64,000 nucleotides of DNA, from assembly GCF_006345805.1 (NCBI RefSeq), contig NC_043020.1, positions 26,412,001 through 26,476,000 on the forward strand, in the 5' to 3' direction. The translations under genes were made by a program, and so were the position numbers. The notes below the pieces were generated by a model. The model worked only from the letters and a program-made list of their open reading frames with translations. It did no database searches and was not told the DNA's origin. The DNA is from Octopus sinensis. Its lineage: Eukaryota. This document shows, in pieces, positions 25,499 through 38,832 of the stretch (position 1 is the stretch's first letter; each line of letters opens with the position of its first letter).

Positions 25499-26355
25499 CT
25501 TTACATCCTTGAAAACATATCTGCAAAATTTCATTAAAAAAATTACGCATTTTTCAGAAAGTTTGGAGGAGGGGCACCAGTGTTTAGTTATGCTGGATTA
25601 ATTTTCTGTCGACAGAACTTTAACGTTCTTTAATTTATTAAGATATGAATATTACCCAGGCATACTCTGTCTTTCATTGTCCCAGGGTCCATTTAACCCT
25701 TTCATTACCAACCTGGCTGAAACTGGCTCTGGGTCTGTAGTACAAATACATTGTTTTCATAAGTTTTGAATTAAAATCTTCCACCAAAACTTAGTCACAA
25801 TTTATGTTCCTAACACTAGCTCAATGATAACTTAACTATTTTACTAAATTCTTTGTTATATTTAAAATAATTGAAAGAAACACAGAGGATCTCAAAATAA
25901 ATACGGCAACGAAAAGGTTAAGCAATATTAGTGTCAAATTTTGGCACAAGGCTAGCATTTTGTGGGCAGGGGTTAAGTCGATTACATCGACCCCAGTGTT
26001 CAACTGGTACTTATTTTATCGACCCAGAAAGGATGAAAGGTAAAGTCGACCTCTGTGGAATTTGAACTCAGAAAGTAAAAGCAGACAAACTGCCACAAAG
26101 CATTTTGTCCCTGGACAGACCAGTGAGGGAGCCAGTTATGTAGGCCCTCAATTTGTCAGAAAGAGCTGTCAAATGTTCTGCAAATTGTACCCTAATGTCA
26201 TAGGTATTGTATGTGTGTTTGAAAATATATTTGTGTGTGTGTGTGTGTGTGTGAGACGATGTGTATTCGTCGATATGGAAGACTTAGTCATGGTAACTAG
26301 GCAGCTAAGTCTCCTTCATGTCATGCCCTATTCACTCATGTATGTATATATATAT

Positions 26356-26740
26356 ATGTGCCGGTGGCACGTAAAAAGCACCATCCGATCGTGGCTGTTT
26401 GCCAGCGTCATCTGGCACCTGTGCCGGTGGCACGTAAAAAGCACCATCCGATTGTGGCCGTTTGCCAGCGTCATCTGGCACCTGTGCCGGTGGCACGTAA
26501 AAAGCACCATCCGATCGTGGCCGTTTGCCAGCGTCATCTGGCACCTGTGCCGGTGGCACGTAAAAAGCACCCACTACACCCACGGAGTGGTTGGTGTTAG
26601 GAAGGGCATCCAGCTGTAGAAACACTGCCAGATCAGACTGGGCCTGGTGCAGCCTTCTGGCTTCCCAGACCCCAGTTGAACTGTCCAACCCATGCTAGCA
26701 TGGAAAGCAGATGTTAAACGATGATGATGATGATGATGAT
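26356..26740 (+). mobile_element. Family C copy with an internal 63-bp tandem triplication
   Basis: tgtgccggtggcacgtaaaaagcaccatccgatcgtggccgtttgccagcgtcatctggcacc x3, followed by the normal tail. Confidence 0.9.
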
Positions 26741-26847
26741 ATATATATATATATATACATACACCAATGGAGATTTCACCATCCTAGACCTGCCACAATT
26801 ACTAGTTAAATTTCACCCCAGTAACAACCTACTAATTTACATATGGC

Positions 26848-26878
<31 letters not shown>

Positions 26879-27258
26879 GTAATATATGTATTAGGCATAG
26901 GAGTGGCTGTGTTGTAAGTAGCTTGCTTATGAACCACATGGTTTTGGGTTTAGTCCTGCTACATGGCACCTTGGGTATGTGTCTTCTACTATAGCCTCAG
27001 GATGACCAAAGCCTTGTGAGTTGATTTGGTAGACAGAAACTGAAAGAAGCCCATCATATATATGTATATATATACATGTGTGTATATATATGTTTGTGTG
27101 TCTGTGTTTGTCCCCCTAGCATTGCTTGACAACCAAACTTAGTGGTTCGGCAAAAGAGGCTGATAAAATAAGTACTAGACCAGGTAGAAGTAGTTGCTAA
27201 CTCTCACCATAATCTCAACCTACTGGTTTACACATACATATGTATTATATATTTTATG

Positions 27259-27290
<32 letters not shown>

Positions 27291-27770
27291 CACACACACA
27301 TACATATACATCAGTATGTTTGTATGTGTATAAGCCAAGCAGGGTGACAATCTATGTGGTAGCTAAATCTCCCATTAATAGGAGCTAGATATCCCTCACT
27401 TAATATACCCCACTGTCTTCTCTGTGTGTGTGTGTGTGTGTAGATGGATCAATGAGGGAGAGACTTCTTCTTTTCGATGAAACGTTTTGATTTGGAGGAG
27501 AGCCAAAAAAAACAGAAAAAAAAGAAGTCCCCTCTACCCATTTTCCTTACAACATTCCACTCAGCCCCTACCTCCACCACCCCTGGTGCTGTCGGGCCAC
27601 TTTGATTTTTCTGCTGACTCTGTGAACAATATTTATTTCCGTCTTGTACTACAAGACTTCTCAAGTTCCCGGTTCCTGGTTCCACAGTTCTTATACACAT
27701 TCATGTATACGCATATATTACGCATTTGTATGTGTGTGTGTGTGTGTGTCTATATACACACACACGCACA

Positions 27771-27820
<50 letters not shown>

Positions 27821-27924
27821 TATATAGTTCATGTTTGTTTTTATGCTCCGTCATAATAAAAACAATTTTACATTAATCTGATGGGTTACTCTATACTTTT
27901 TTAGAGGACAGGTTTTTTATTCTT

Positions 27925-28715
27925 CATCATCATCATCATCGTTTAACGTCCGTGTTCCATGCTAGCATGGATTGGACTGTTCGACTGGGGGCTAGGAAGC
28001 CAGAAGGCTGTGCCAGGCTCCAGTCTGATCTGGCAGCGTTTCTACAGCTTGATGCCCTTCCTAATGCAACCCACTCTGTGAGTGTAGTGAGTGTTTTTTA
28101 CGTGCCACCGCCACAGGGACCAGAGGAGGCTGGCAACGACCATGATCAGTTGGTGCATTTTACATGTCACCGACATGGATGCCGGTCAGGTGATGCTGGC
28201 ATCAACCATGTTCGGATGGTGCTTTTTACGTGTCACCGGCATGGGTGTCTTAACTACAATTTTCATTTGATTTTTATTTTGATGTTGGTGTTGACGTACT
28301 TGACTCAAGAACCGCGGGTCACCCTACGATCCAAGGTTAGCACAGCAGGCCATCCTGAGAGCCATGAACTCACTTCCTTTGTTTGGTCTTCACAGTCAGA
28401 GCATATCTCGGAGGTCTCACTCTTCGTCATTTCCTCAGTGAGGCCCTACGTGCCACCAGCATAGGTATCACAACTACAATATCCATTCGATTTTTATTTT
28501 GATGTTGATGTACTTGACGCAATAGGTCTCCTCAAGCACAGCAGGCCGTCCTGCAAAGCCATGAATTCACTTCATTTGTCAGGTCTTCGAAGTCACAGCA
28601 TATCTCCAGAGGTCTCGGTCTTTCGTCATAGCCTCTGTGAGGCCCAACATATGAAGGTCATGCTTGACCACCTCGTCCCATGTCTTCCTGGGTCTCCTTC
28701 TACCCCGGATTCCTT
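27925..28715 (-). mobile_element. Two RTE-clade LINE 3' fragments, continuous with the family C tail
   Basis: Minus-strand 28715-28575 reads GIRGRRRPRKTWDEVVKHDLHMLGLTEAMTKDRDLWRYAVTSKT* (RTE C-terminal GRP...W...D motif); a second overlapping tail copy at 27925-28445 ends in (GAT)n. Confidence 0.8.
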
Positions 28716-28909
28716 GACAGTGACTTTGAAGCTTTAGTTTGGAAAAAAGATTTTGTAAGGGATTATGATACTATCCATGTATAAGAAACTCCCATATTTT
28801 TTTAACCTAATTTTTGAAAAAAAGGGTTTCTTATAAATGTTAAAATATGGTACATACATCCACATTTATGTTTGGGTGTGTGTATGTATGTGTATATATA
28901 TATATATGC

Positions 28910-29318
28910 TTGTATTCTTTTACATGTTTCAGTCATTTGACTGAAGCCATGCTGGAGCACCACCTTCAAGGGTTTTAGTTGAAGAAATCGACCCCAGAAC
29001 TTATTATTTGTAGGTCTAGTACTTATTCTATTAGTCGCTTTTGTGGAACACTAAGTTACAGGGACATAAACACACCAACATCGGTTGTCAAGTTATGGCA
29101 TTGAGACAAACATAGACACAAAGACACACACAGATAAATACATGTACATATACATGCATGTGTATGACGGGCTTCTTTCAGTTTCCGTCTACCAAATCCA
29201 CTCACAAGGCTCTGGTCAGCCCGAGGCTGTAAGTAGAAGACACTTGCTGAAGGTGCCACACACTGGGACTGAACCCGGAACCATGTGGTTGGGAAGGAAG
29301 TTTCTTACCACACAGCCG

Positions 29319-29355
<37 letters not shown>

Positions 29356-29518
29356 AGTGGCTGTGTGGTAAGTAGCTTGCTAACCAACCACATGGTTCCT
29401 GGTTCAGTCCCACTGCGTGGCACCTTGGGCAAGTGTCTTCTACTATAGCTTTGGGCCGACAAAAGCCTTGTGAGTGGATTTGGTAGACGGAAACTGAAAG
29501 AAGCCCATCTTATATATA

Positions 29519-29569
<51 letters not shown>

Positions 29570-29773
29570 ATGTTTGTGTGTCTGTGTTTGTCCTCCCAAC
29601 ATCGCTTGACAACCGATGCTGGTGTGTTTACGTCCCTGTAACTTAGCGGTTCGGCAAAAGAGACAGATACAATAAGTACTAGGCTTCCAAAGAATAAGTC
29701 CTGGGGTCGATTTGCTCGACTAAAGGCGGTGCTCAAGCATGGCCACATTCAAATGACTGAAACAAGTAAAAGA
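28910..29773. mobile_element. Head-to-head pair of full-length SINE A copies
   Basis: Minus copy 28910-29325 and plus copy 29352-29773 separated by only ~30 bp of (TA)n. Confidence 0.9.
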
Positions 29774-30712
29774 GTATATATATATATTTATTTATTTATT
29801 TATATATATATTTATTTATATATATATAAAAATTTATACAATATCTATGTTATATAATATTGATGTGTGTGTTATATCAATCAGTTATCTCAGCATCATC
29901 ATCCACCCTGTAACCCCACCAACACACCTCCATGTTTTCATTTGAAATTTTCTAAATAAATAAATTAATTAATTATGCAGATTGTGGGCATTTTTTCTGC
30001 AAATAGTTCCCATAGCAACATATCATATTTTGATTCGATGCTTAGATTAGATTAAACTCCCCTCTATGCCGCCACCACCACCAAGACCATCTTCATCATC
30101 ATCATCATCAATGCATCTTTTTTGCGTTTTACTCGTTTCAGTCATTGGATTGTGGCCATGCTGGGGCATCGCTTTGGAGTGTTTTTAGTCAAATGTATCA
30201 AACCCAGTTCTTATCTTGAAAGTTTTGTCCTTGTTCTGTTGATCTCCTATGCTCGATCGCTAAGTCATGGGGACATAAACAAACCAACACCAGTTGCCAA
30301 GTGCTGGCAAGTGACAAATTGCCACACACACACACACACACACACACTATTTCAATGTTGCCAGTGCCATTTAAGACGGCGAGATAGCAGAAACATTAGC
30401 ATGCCAGGCGAAATGCTTAGTGGTATTTCGTTTGTCTTTACGTTCTGGGTTCAAATTCCGCTGAGGTCAACTTTGACTTTCATCTTTTCGGGGGTCGATA
30501 AATTAAGTACCAGTTCTGTACTGGGGTCTATCTAATCAACTGGCTCCATCCCGCTAAAAATTTTGGGCCTTGTGCTTAGAGTAGAAAAGAATAGCACCAG
30601 TGCCATGTAAAAATCCCTCAGTCCACTGTGCAGAGTGGTTTGGCATTAGGAAGAACATCCAGTTGTAGGAATGAAGCTAAAGCAGATGCTGGAGTACGAT
30701 GTGGTCCTTGTC

Positions 30713-30904
30713 TCATTGGGTCCTTGTCTCATTGGGTCCTTGTCTCATTGGGTCCTTGTCTCATTGGGTCCTTGTCTCATTGGGTCCTTGTCTCATTGGG
30801 TCCTTGTCTCATTGGGTCCTTGTCTCATTGGGTCCTTGTCTCATTGGGTCCTTGTCTCATTGGGTCCTTGTCTCATTGGGTCCTTGTCTCATTGGGTCCT
30901 TGTC
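30713..30904. repeat. Perfect 16-bp minisatellite (gtccttgtctcattgg) x~12 inside a family C copy
   Basis: Direct inspection; the family C sequence resumes on both sides. Confidence 0.95.
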
Positions 30905-31029
30905 AAACTGTCCAACCCATTCCAGTATGGAATGTGGACATTAAATGATGATGATATAGACACAACAGGCTTCTTTTGCTTTTCCCTTTTACCAAATTCA
31001 CTCACAAGACTTTGGTTGACTTGTCTTTG

Positions 31030-31665
31030 TTATTGTCATCATGATCAGTGTCATCATCAGCATCAGTGTCATCGCTCTTGTTGTTGTTACAATCATTATC
31101 ATCATCATCATTATCATCATCATCTTTGTCAGCGTCATCACTTTTGTTCTCCTCATCTTTATCATTGCTGCTGTTGCCATCATTGTCCTCCTCATCAATG
31201 TCATCATCATCATTACCATATATATCATTGTCGTCGTTGTCATCTTCATCATCATCTTAACGCTCATCCTCACTATCAGCATCACCATCATCATCACCAT
31301 CATCATCACCACCATCATCATCACCATCATCTTCACCATCGTCACCATCATCATCACCATCATCATCACCATCATCATCACCATCATCATCACCACCACC
31401 ATCATCATCACCATCATCTTCACCATCACCACCATCATCTTCACCATCGTCACCATCATCATCATCATCCTCATCATCATCCTCATCAGCAGCAGCAACT
31501 TTGTTGTCATCATCATTACCACCACCACCACCATCATCATCATCCTCATCATCATCACTTTTGTCATCATCATTGATGCTATTCTCATCACCACCATCAT
31601 CATTGTCCTCTTCTATGACAACCACATTCAGGGATTGCTTCATTCATCATCATCATCATCATCAA
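31030..31665. repeat. (CAT/CAC)n low-complexity tract
   Basis: Direct inspection; source of the poly-H/I/S/D ORFs. Confidence 0.9.
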
Positions 31666-31694
31666 CACTGTTCTACATCCACCTTTTCCAATGC

Positions 31695-31737
<43 letters not shown>

Positions 31738-32466
31738 TTATATATATATTGACCATTTTCTGTTCCAGTACCAAATCTAATGACTTGTCCTGATTTTTCA
31801 TGATCTGGGACACACGGACACACCAGCAGAGAAAACAGCCGATGTTTCATTTAATGTATTTCATATATTTTGAGGTCAGAAGGGGGCCAGCGAGGGTGGG
31901 GTTTGTGGTGGAGGTGTGACTTCTACAGCAAGATGCCCCTTCTATTGCTACTTGTGTATATGTGTGTGTATATGTGTGTGTGGCTGTAAATCAATCGGTC
32001 TGTCCATCTGTCTGTCCGTCTGTCCATCCATCCATGTATCTGTATATCTGATAATGAATCTATCTTTTGCTAAAGCACCTGTTGAGTGTTGGGCCTCATG
32101 GAGGCAATGTGGCCAATACTGGAGTCACATAACCAGTACCTGTGCTCATATATATAAATATCATCATTTAACGTCTGTTTTCCATGCTAGCATGGGTTGG
32201 ACGGTTCGACTGGGGTCTGGTAAGCCATGGAGGCTGTACCAGTCTCTAGTCTGATTTGGCAGTGTTTCTACAGCTGGATGCCCTTCGTAATGCCAACCAC
32301 TCCATGAGTGTAGTGGGTGCTTTTTACATGTCACTGGCACAGGTGCCACGTTCGGATGGTTCGCCTATGTGCCACTGGCACTGGTATCACAACTACAATT
32401 TCCATTGATGTTGGTCGATTTCAATTCTGATTCTGATTCTTGCTTGCCTTAACAGGTCTTCACAAG

Positions 32467-33035
32467 TATATATATATATATATATATAAAACTCTAGTTG
32501 TGTGAGTGTCTGTCCCCTTCGATTTAGATTCCTAACTCCTCCCACATTTTGCGGTGCAGTTTAACCAAACTCGGGTATCTTATAGTCGTGATTCATATCG
32601 AGCCCGTCTGACTATTAGCGCGCGTCAACGATGAGTCTACGATTTTAAAAATAATTTACCATCATTTTTTTATTTCATTTTAATGCATAAAATGCATCGT
32701 ATGTCGATGGCGGCGGAGTTGGCATCCACGCTCACAGCTGCACCCGTTTGCTTCTCCCCCTTCCCTCCCTCGTGAAGCTGTGGGGAAGGGAGTGTAAAGA
32801 AATCAACGTCGTAATGCCTTGTCAAGGAGACCAGCGTTCTTTTAGAAGAACGACTTCATGGCTTGAAGACACCAAAACAGAAAATGTCTACGATGAGTCA
32901 ACGATTTAAAAACAAATTTACCATAATTTTTTTTCCATTTTTAATGCATTTTTTTTTGCTATTTTTTGGCTATAACTCTCTAAAAATATAGTTATTTCCC
33001 TTACAAACCCGAGCAACGCCGGGCGATACTGCTAG
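32467..33035 (+). mobile_element. Non-autonomous Helitron
   Basis: 3' end cccgagcaacgccgggcgatactgCTAG|t (GC-rich hairpin plus CTAG); 5' end in (TA)n-aaactctagttg; a homologous 5' part lies on the minus strand at ~56000-56140. Confidence 0.75.
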
Positions 33036-33819
33036 TATATATATATATATATGTTTGTGTCTGTGTTTGTCCCCCTCACCACCGGTTGACAACCGATGCT
33101 GGTGTGTTTATGTCCTCGTAACTTAGTAGCTCGACTAAAAGAAACCGATAGAATAAGAGCTACACATTTAAAGAACAAGTCCTGGGGTTGATTTCTTTGA
33201 CTAGAGGCGGTGCTCCACCATGGCCACAGCCAAATGACTGAAACAAGTATAAGAACAAATGAACAAAAGATTACATCTTTCTAATTGTGGGGTTTGACTC
33301 AGCACGGCATGACTAAAAGTTTCGTGGGCAACTGGAACACCTCTTTCTTATCAGATGCTAGAGGTAGACTGTACAGGCACACATACAAAAATACACACAT
33401 GCACACATATACATACATGCATATATATATATATATATACACGTACATGTATCTGCTTGCCTATCTGTCTGTCATTATATCCACTATCTGTATCTGTCTG
33501 TGTGTCTGTGCATTCATTCATCCATCCAGGTAGCATGCGTGTGTGTGTGTGTGGGGGCCTAAGGCTGTTTGTGAATATGAAAGTCAGAGATAAGGTGGAA
33601 AGAAAAAAAGGGGTCGGGCTAGTGTAGGTAAATTGGATTCCCAGAAAGAAAGAAAGACAGTGGGAGGGGGTACATAATGAGTAGTAGTGGTGGTGGTGGT
33701 GGTGGTGGGAGCAGGGGTGACTGGAGTAGCTTGTTTTTATAATGAGAAAGTAAAAAGGGACAGTAGCAACAGGACGAACAGACAGATACATAGGCAGGTA
33801 AAGAGGTAGAGAGGATAAA

Positions 33820-33878
<59 letters not shown>

Positions 33879-34029
33879 ACATATGTGCATATATATGTAT
33901 ATTTATATGTACATATATATATACACATATATACATATATATACACACATATATACATATATATATATTTATATATATTCACACACTTTGTGTATTTGCG
34001 TGTGTGTGAATGTGTATATATATATATAC

Positions 34030-34370
34030 ATACACAAACGCACAGAGGTACATGTAAACCGACTCATGTATATGCACACATATACTTGCATATATGTATG
34101 TACATACATAATGTGTAAAAACGTATATATATATATATATATATAAAGCACATATAGTATATATACACACACACACACTTTCTTTGTGTGTATGTGTATA
34201 TATGTATATACACACACAAACGCACAGAGGTACATGTAAACCAACTCATGTATACGCATACACATGTATACTTGCATATATATATATATAAAACAAACAC
34301 ATATAGTATATACACACACACATATATATATATAACACATATAGTATATATACACACACACATGTATGCA
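34030..34370. repeat. ~165-bp tandem duplication within a CA/TA-rich tract
   Basis: cacaaacgcacagaggtacatgtaaacc(g/a)actcatgtata occurs twice. Confidence 0.8.
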
Positions 34371-34965
34371 TGTGTGCAGTTTAACCTTTTAAAACTGTAT
34401 TATGATTAATGAAACTGTTATGACTCCATACGCTTGCTATCTCCAGCCTTGGTAGTTACTGGGGGTACATGATGGATGGAGATTACCTGGGGTAGAGTTG
34501 GGGTGGTGGTAAAAGTCAGGTGTAGCTCTTGAAGAGAAAAGATGGGGTGGATCGTGGTTAGTAATCCAAGGGTAGAGCTGAGTTAAATGTGAGGTGTTGT
34601 TTGTTGGGGTAGGTCTGGTGGAAAACTGGGTTGTGGTAGTATTTGGGGTGGCAGTGACATTGGGTAGATCTGAGTTACCAATGGTGATGCTAGGTAGCTC
34701 TAGAGAAAAGTAGAAGCACCATGTTAATGATGATGTTAACCCTGATGATAGCGGTGGTGGTACTGATTTGGGGTGGATTTGGGGCAGAGGGCAGATCTGG
34801 AGGAGTCAGGGGTAGAATGGAGCTGAGGTGAAGCAGAAGTATGATGGTGTTGATGAAGATGATGATGACTAGGATATTTGGTAGACCTTGGGTAGTACTA
34901 GATGAATTATGTCGGGTGGCTTTGAGGGTAAATTCACCATGTGTGTGTGTGTGTGTGTGTGTGTT

Positions 34966-35004
<39 letters not shown>

Positions 35005-35659
35005 ATACGAGTGATGGTGGGAGTAGCTGTCAGTGTATCTGGCAATGTACTCAGACATATGGTGGAAATGAAAGATATAAGGGTGGATGCTTGATGAAGT
35101 GGGGTGGCTGGGGTGGCGGTGGTGTATTTGCCATCATCTTTATCTTATTTATGTTGGCTTTATCTTATGGAACTGCTCCCATTTTCTTGTGCAGAACGAA
35201 GATGCTATCTACATCTTCTCCTTCTTCACCACCCCCACCCTCACCCCTACAACTCCACTACACCCCACCCTCTACCCACCCCCCACTATCGCCGCTACTG
35301 CACCAACCCTACGCCATACACCACGCCACTATGTCGCATACCACACACCTCACTGTACCACACAACGCCGTGCTGCTACGCATACTCATACCTCTAGAAG
35401 CATTCCGTCGGCACTTCCCCATCCCTTCCTCTCCTCGTCGCCCCCTTTCCCCCGCTCCGTTCCTGATACCCACCCCCACGACCATCTTCCATTCACTCCC
35501 CCCTGCGCTTCTCCTGATTCCCACCCCCCATTGTCTTTCTGAACCCTTAGTCTAGATCTCATCAGTTCCTGAGTGACACACACACACATACACACACACA
35601 CATTAATAATATAAACATGTCTACAGACATACATGTTACACATACTCTAATAATCTTCC

Positions 35660-36265
35660 TACTCTAGGCACAAGGCCCAAAATTTATGGGAAGGGAGCCA
35701 GTCGATTAGATTGACCCTAGTATGCAACTGGTACTTAATTTATCAACCCCAAAAGGATGAAAGGCAAAGTTGACCATGGCGGAATTTGAACTCAGAATGT
35801 AAAGACAGACGAAATACCACTAAATATTTTGCCCGGCGTGATAATGTTTCTTATTTCTTTATTGCCCACAAGGGGCTAAACATAGAGGGGACAAACAAGG
35901 ACAGACAAAGGTATTAAGTCGATTACATCGACCCCAGTGTGTAACTGGTACTTAATTTATTGACCCCAAAAGGATGAAAGGCAAAGCCGACCTTGGCGGA
36001 ATTTGAACTCAGAACGTAAAGACAGATAAAATACCTATTTCTTTATTACCCAAAGGGGCTAAACATAGAGGGGACAAACAAGGACAGACATAGATAGTAA
36101 GTCAATTATATCGAACCCAATGCATAACTGGTACTTAATTGATTGACCCCGAAAGGATGAAAGGCAAAGTCAACCGTAGCATAATTTGAACTCAGAATGT
36201 AGCGGCGGCGAAATACCGCTAAGCATTTCGCCCGGTGTGGTAACCATTCTGCCAGATTGCCGCCT
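35660..36265 (-). mobile_element. SINE family B, tandem trimer of ~185-bp bodies
   Basis: The core ttctgagttcaaattccgcc...actttgcctttcatccttt(c)ggggtc(g)ataaattaagtaccagtt occurs three times; single copies at ~14545(-), 25945(-), 30375, 41935, 51480, 55060, 55690(-), 57045. Confidence 0.85.
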
Positions 36266-37731
36266 TACACATACACTAATAAGATGCTCTCACACACACA
36301 CACACAATCATGTATATACATATACATATATACAACATTCATGTACTCCTGTCTAAACACATGTATGTATGTATATCAGGTACCTCATATATAAACATGT
36401 CGAAACAGACATGTATACATAACTTGTATATATATATATATATATATATAGATGTATACATACTTATGTACACATGCATACGTGTTGGCAGACACACTTA
36501 AGCACACTGATAATACAAACCTCACACATACATACACACAGCACAGATATCTACGGTTTAAACACACACACACTTATTTAATTTTTGCATAAGTGTACGT
36601 ACGTATGTTTGTATAAATGTATGTATATATAAGTATATATGTATGTACATATGTATATTTAAGTGTACCTATGTATGTTTGTGTAACTGTATGTATGTTG
36701 TGCGTATGTATGTTTATATAAATGTATGTGTGCATGTACGTACGTACATACACTTACTTTCTCCTTACCATATTTCTGAAATTCTTCCTTCATTTTAATT
36801 TCATTTTGCAAATAACAAAGATTTTTGTAAAATAACTTTCTCCTGATTAATTTAAAATAAATTAACATGAAATTTTGATGAATGGTTTTAATTTAGAACA
36901 CTTTCACCTTTTTCTGTCTCCATTGCCCTTCTCACTCCAACCATCCCTCTTTTATTCTTTTATTTGTTTTGGTCATTTAACTGTGGCCATGCTGGAGAAC
37001 TGCCTTTAGTCAAACAAATCGATCCTAGGACTTATTCTTTGTAAGCCTAGTACTTATTCTATTGGTCTGTCTTGCCAAATCGCTAAGTTATGTGGACATA
37101 AACACACCAGCATCGGTTGTCAAGCAATGTTGGGGGAACAAACACAGACACACCAACACACACACACAAACACACACACATATATATATATATATATACA
37201 CACACACAACGGGTTTCTTTCAGTTTCCATCTACCAAATCCACTCATAAGGCTTTGGTCGGCTTGAGGTAGTACAAGACACTTGCCCAAGGTGCCAAACA
37301 GTGGGACTGAACCCAGAACTGTGTGGTTGGCAAACAAGCTTCCTACCAAATAGTCATATATATATATATATATATATGTATATGTTTGTGTCTGTTGTCC
37401 CCCCCACTGTTGCTTGACAATTGACGTTGATGTGTCCCTCATAACATAGCAGTCTGGCAAAAGAAACCAATAGAATAAGTGCTAAGCTTACAAAGAATGA
37501 GTCCTTGGGTTGATTTGTTCAACTAAAGGTGTTGCTCCAGCATGGCCTTAGCCAAATGATTGAGACTAGCAAAAGAATACAAGAACATATATATATATAT
37601 CCAGTATGCTTATACAACACACATGTACACACACATCCAAAATATGTGTGTGTGTATATATTATATATATATGATAAATTTAGTTATAAAACCAACAGTA
37701 GTCTCTACTTATTAAATGTAGATTTAGTATA

Positions 37732-38800
37732 TAAGGTGGTATCGCGAATTCCTGGACTAGTTCTGTAGCACACCAGCAGATGGCAGCACAGTTGTGTGCA
37801 CAGTTAGAGCTAATAGTGACCTTCACGAGGCAGCGTGCCAAGGAAAAGCTTTGTTTTCTATGCAAGTTGTGAAATTTGTGTGTTTGTGTTTTTTTGGGTT
37901 TTTTTGGCAATTTTTGTCTGGAATTTTTGTCTTGGACAGGAACAAAGAGCAAGCATGGAATTTTGCATTAAAACATGGGAAAGTCTGCTACACAGATCTT
38001 GGGCATGCTTTGGCAAGCTTATGGAGATGAGGCAATGGGTTGTATGCAATGTTTTGAATGGTGTGGATGGTCCAAAAACTGAAGAATGTCCTTGGAAGAC
38101 GATGAGTGATCTGGGGGACCTCCCATGAGCGTGACCCCCAGAAATGGGGAGAAAAATCATCAGCTTATGTATGAGTATTGTCCGAGGATCATCGATGATA
38201 TTTTGAAACATTTGAGGGGGGACATTCGGTGAAAGCGACCGGATTTGTAGAGCATAAAGAACTGGATTTTTCCCGATGACACTACACCCTGTCACCGAGC
38301 TTTCCTCACTCATGAATTTACAGCCAAAAATAACATGGTATCATTTCAGCACCAGCCCTACTCACCAGATTTAGCACCTCTGCACTTCCATCTGTTCCTC
38401 AAGGTGAAAATGTAACTCAAAGGTTGCTGTTGTAACCCTTTGGTTACCAACCCGGCTGAAACTGCCTCTGGCTCTGTAGTACAAATATCTTGTTTTCATA
38501 ATCTGTTGTGTCTGGGGAGGGTCATTTTCTTTTTGTGCCTTATAATGTAACACACTCACCGGTAAAATTTTCACTCATTTCTTATTTTTATTTTCCTAAA
38601 ATTTTCATTGCGTCTTGCAACCTTTTCAATGGTTTTGACTCTGTCCGTTATTTACACTGCGTTCCTTTTTGTTTGTTTGTGCGCATGTGTGTGTGGGTCA
38701 GTGTGTGGGTGTGTGTGCCTATGCATACATGTACGTATGTGTGTATGTATGTATGTATGTATGTATGTATTATGTTTGTATGTATGTATGTATGTATGTT

Positions 38801-38832
<32 letters not shown>

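Noticed and set aside
26356-26580. CRISPR-like regularly spaced repeats (also 30713, 61435, 6893)
   Set aside because: Contiguous tandem units without unique spacers, eukaryotic context, and no cas genes.
30671-31697. 301-aa His-rich and overlapping Ile-, Met- and Asp-rich ORFs
   Set aside because: A 16-bp minisatellite plus a (CAT)n tract that is open in several frames; no splice or domain evidence.
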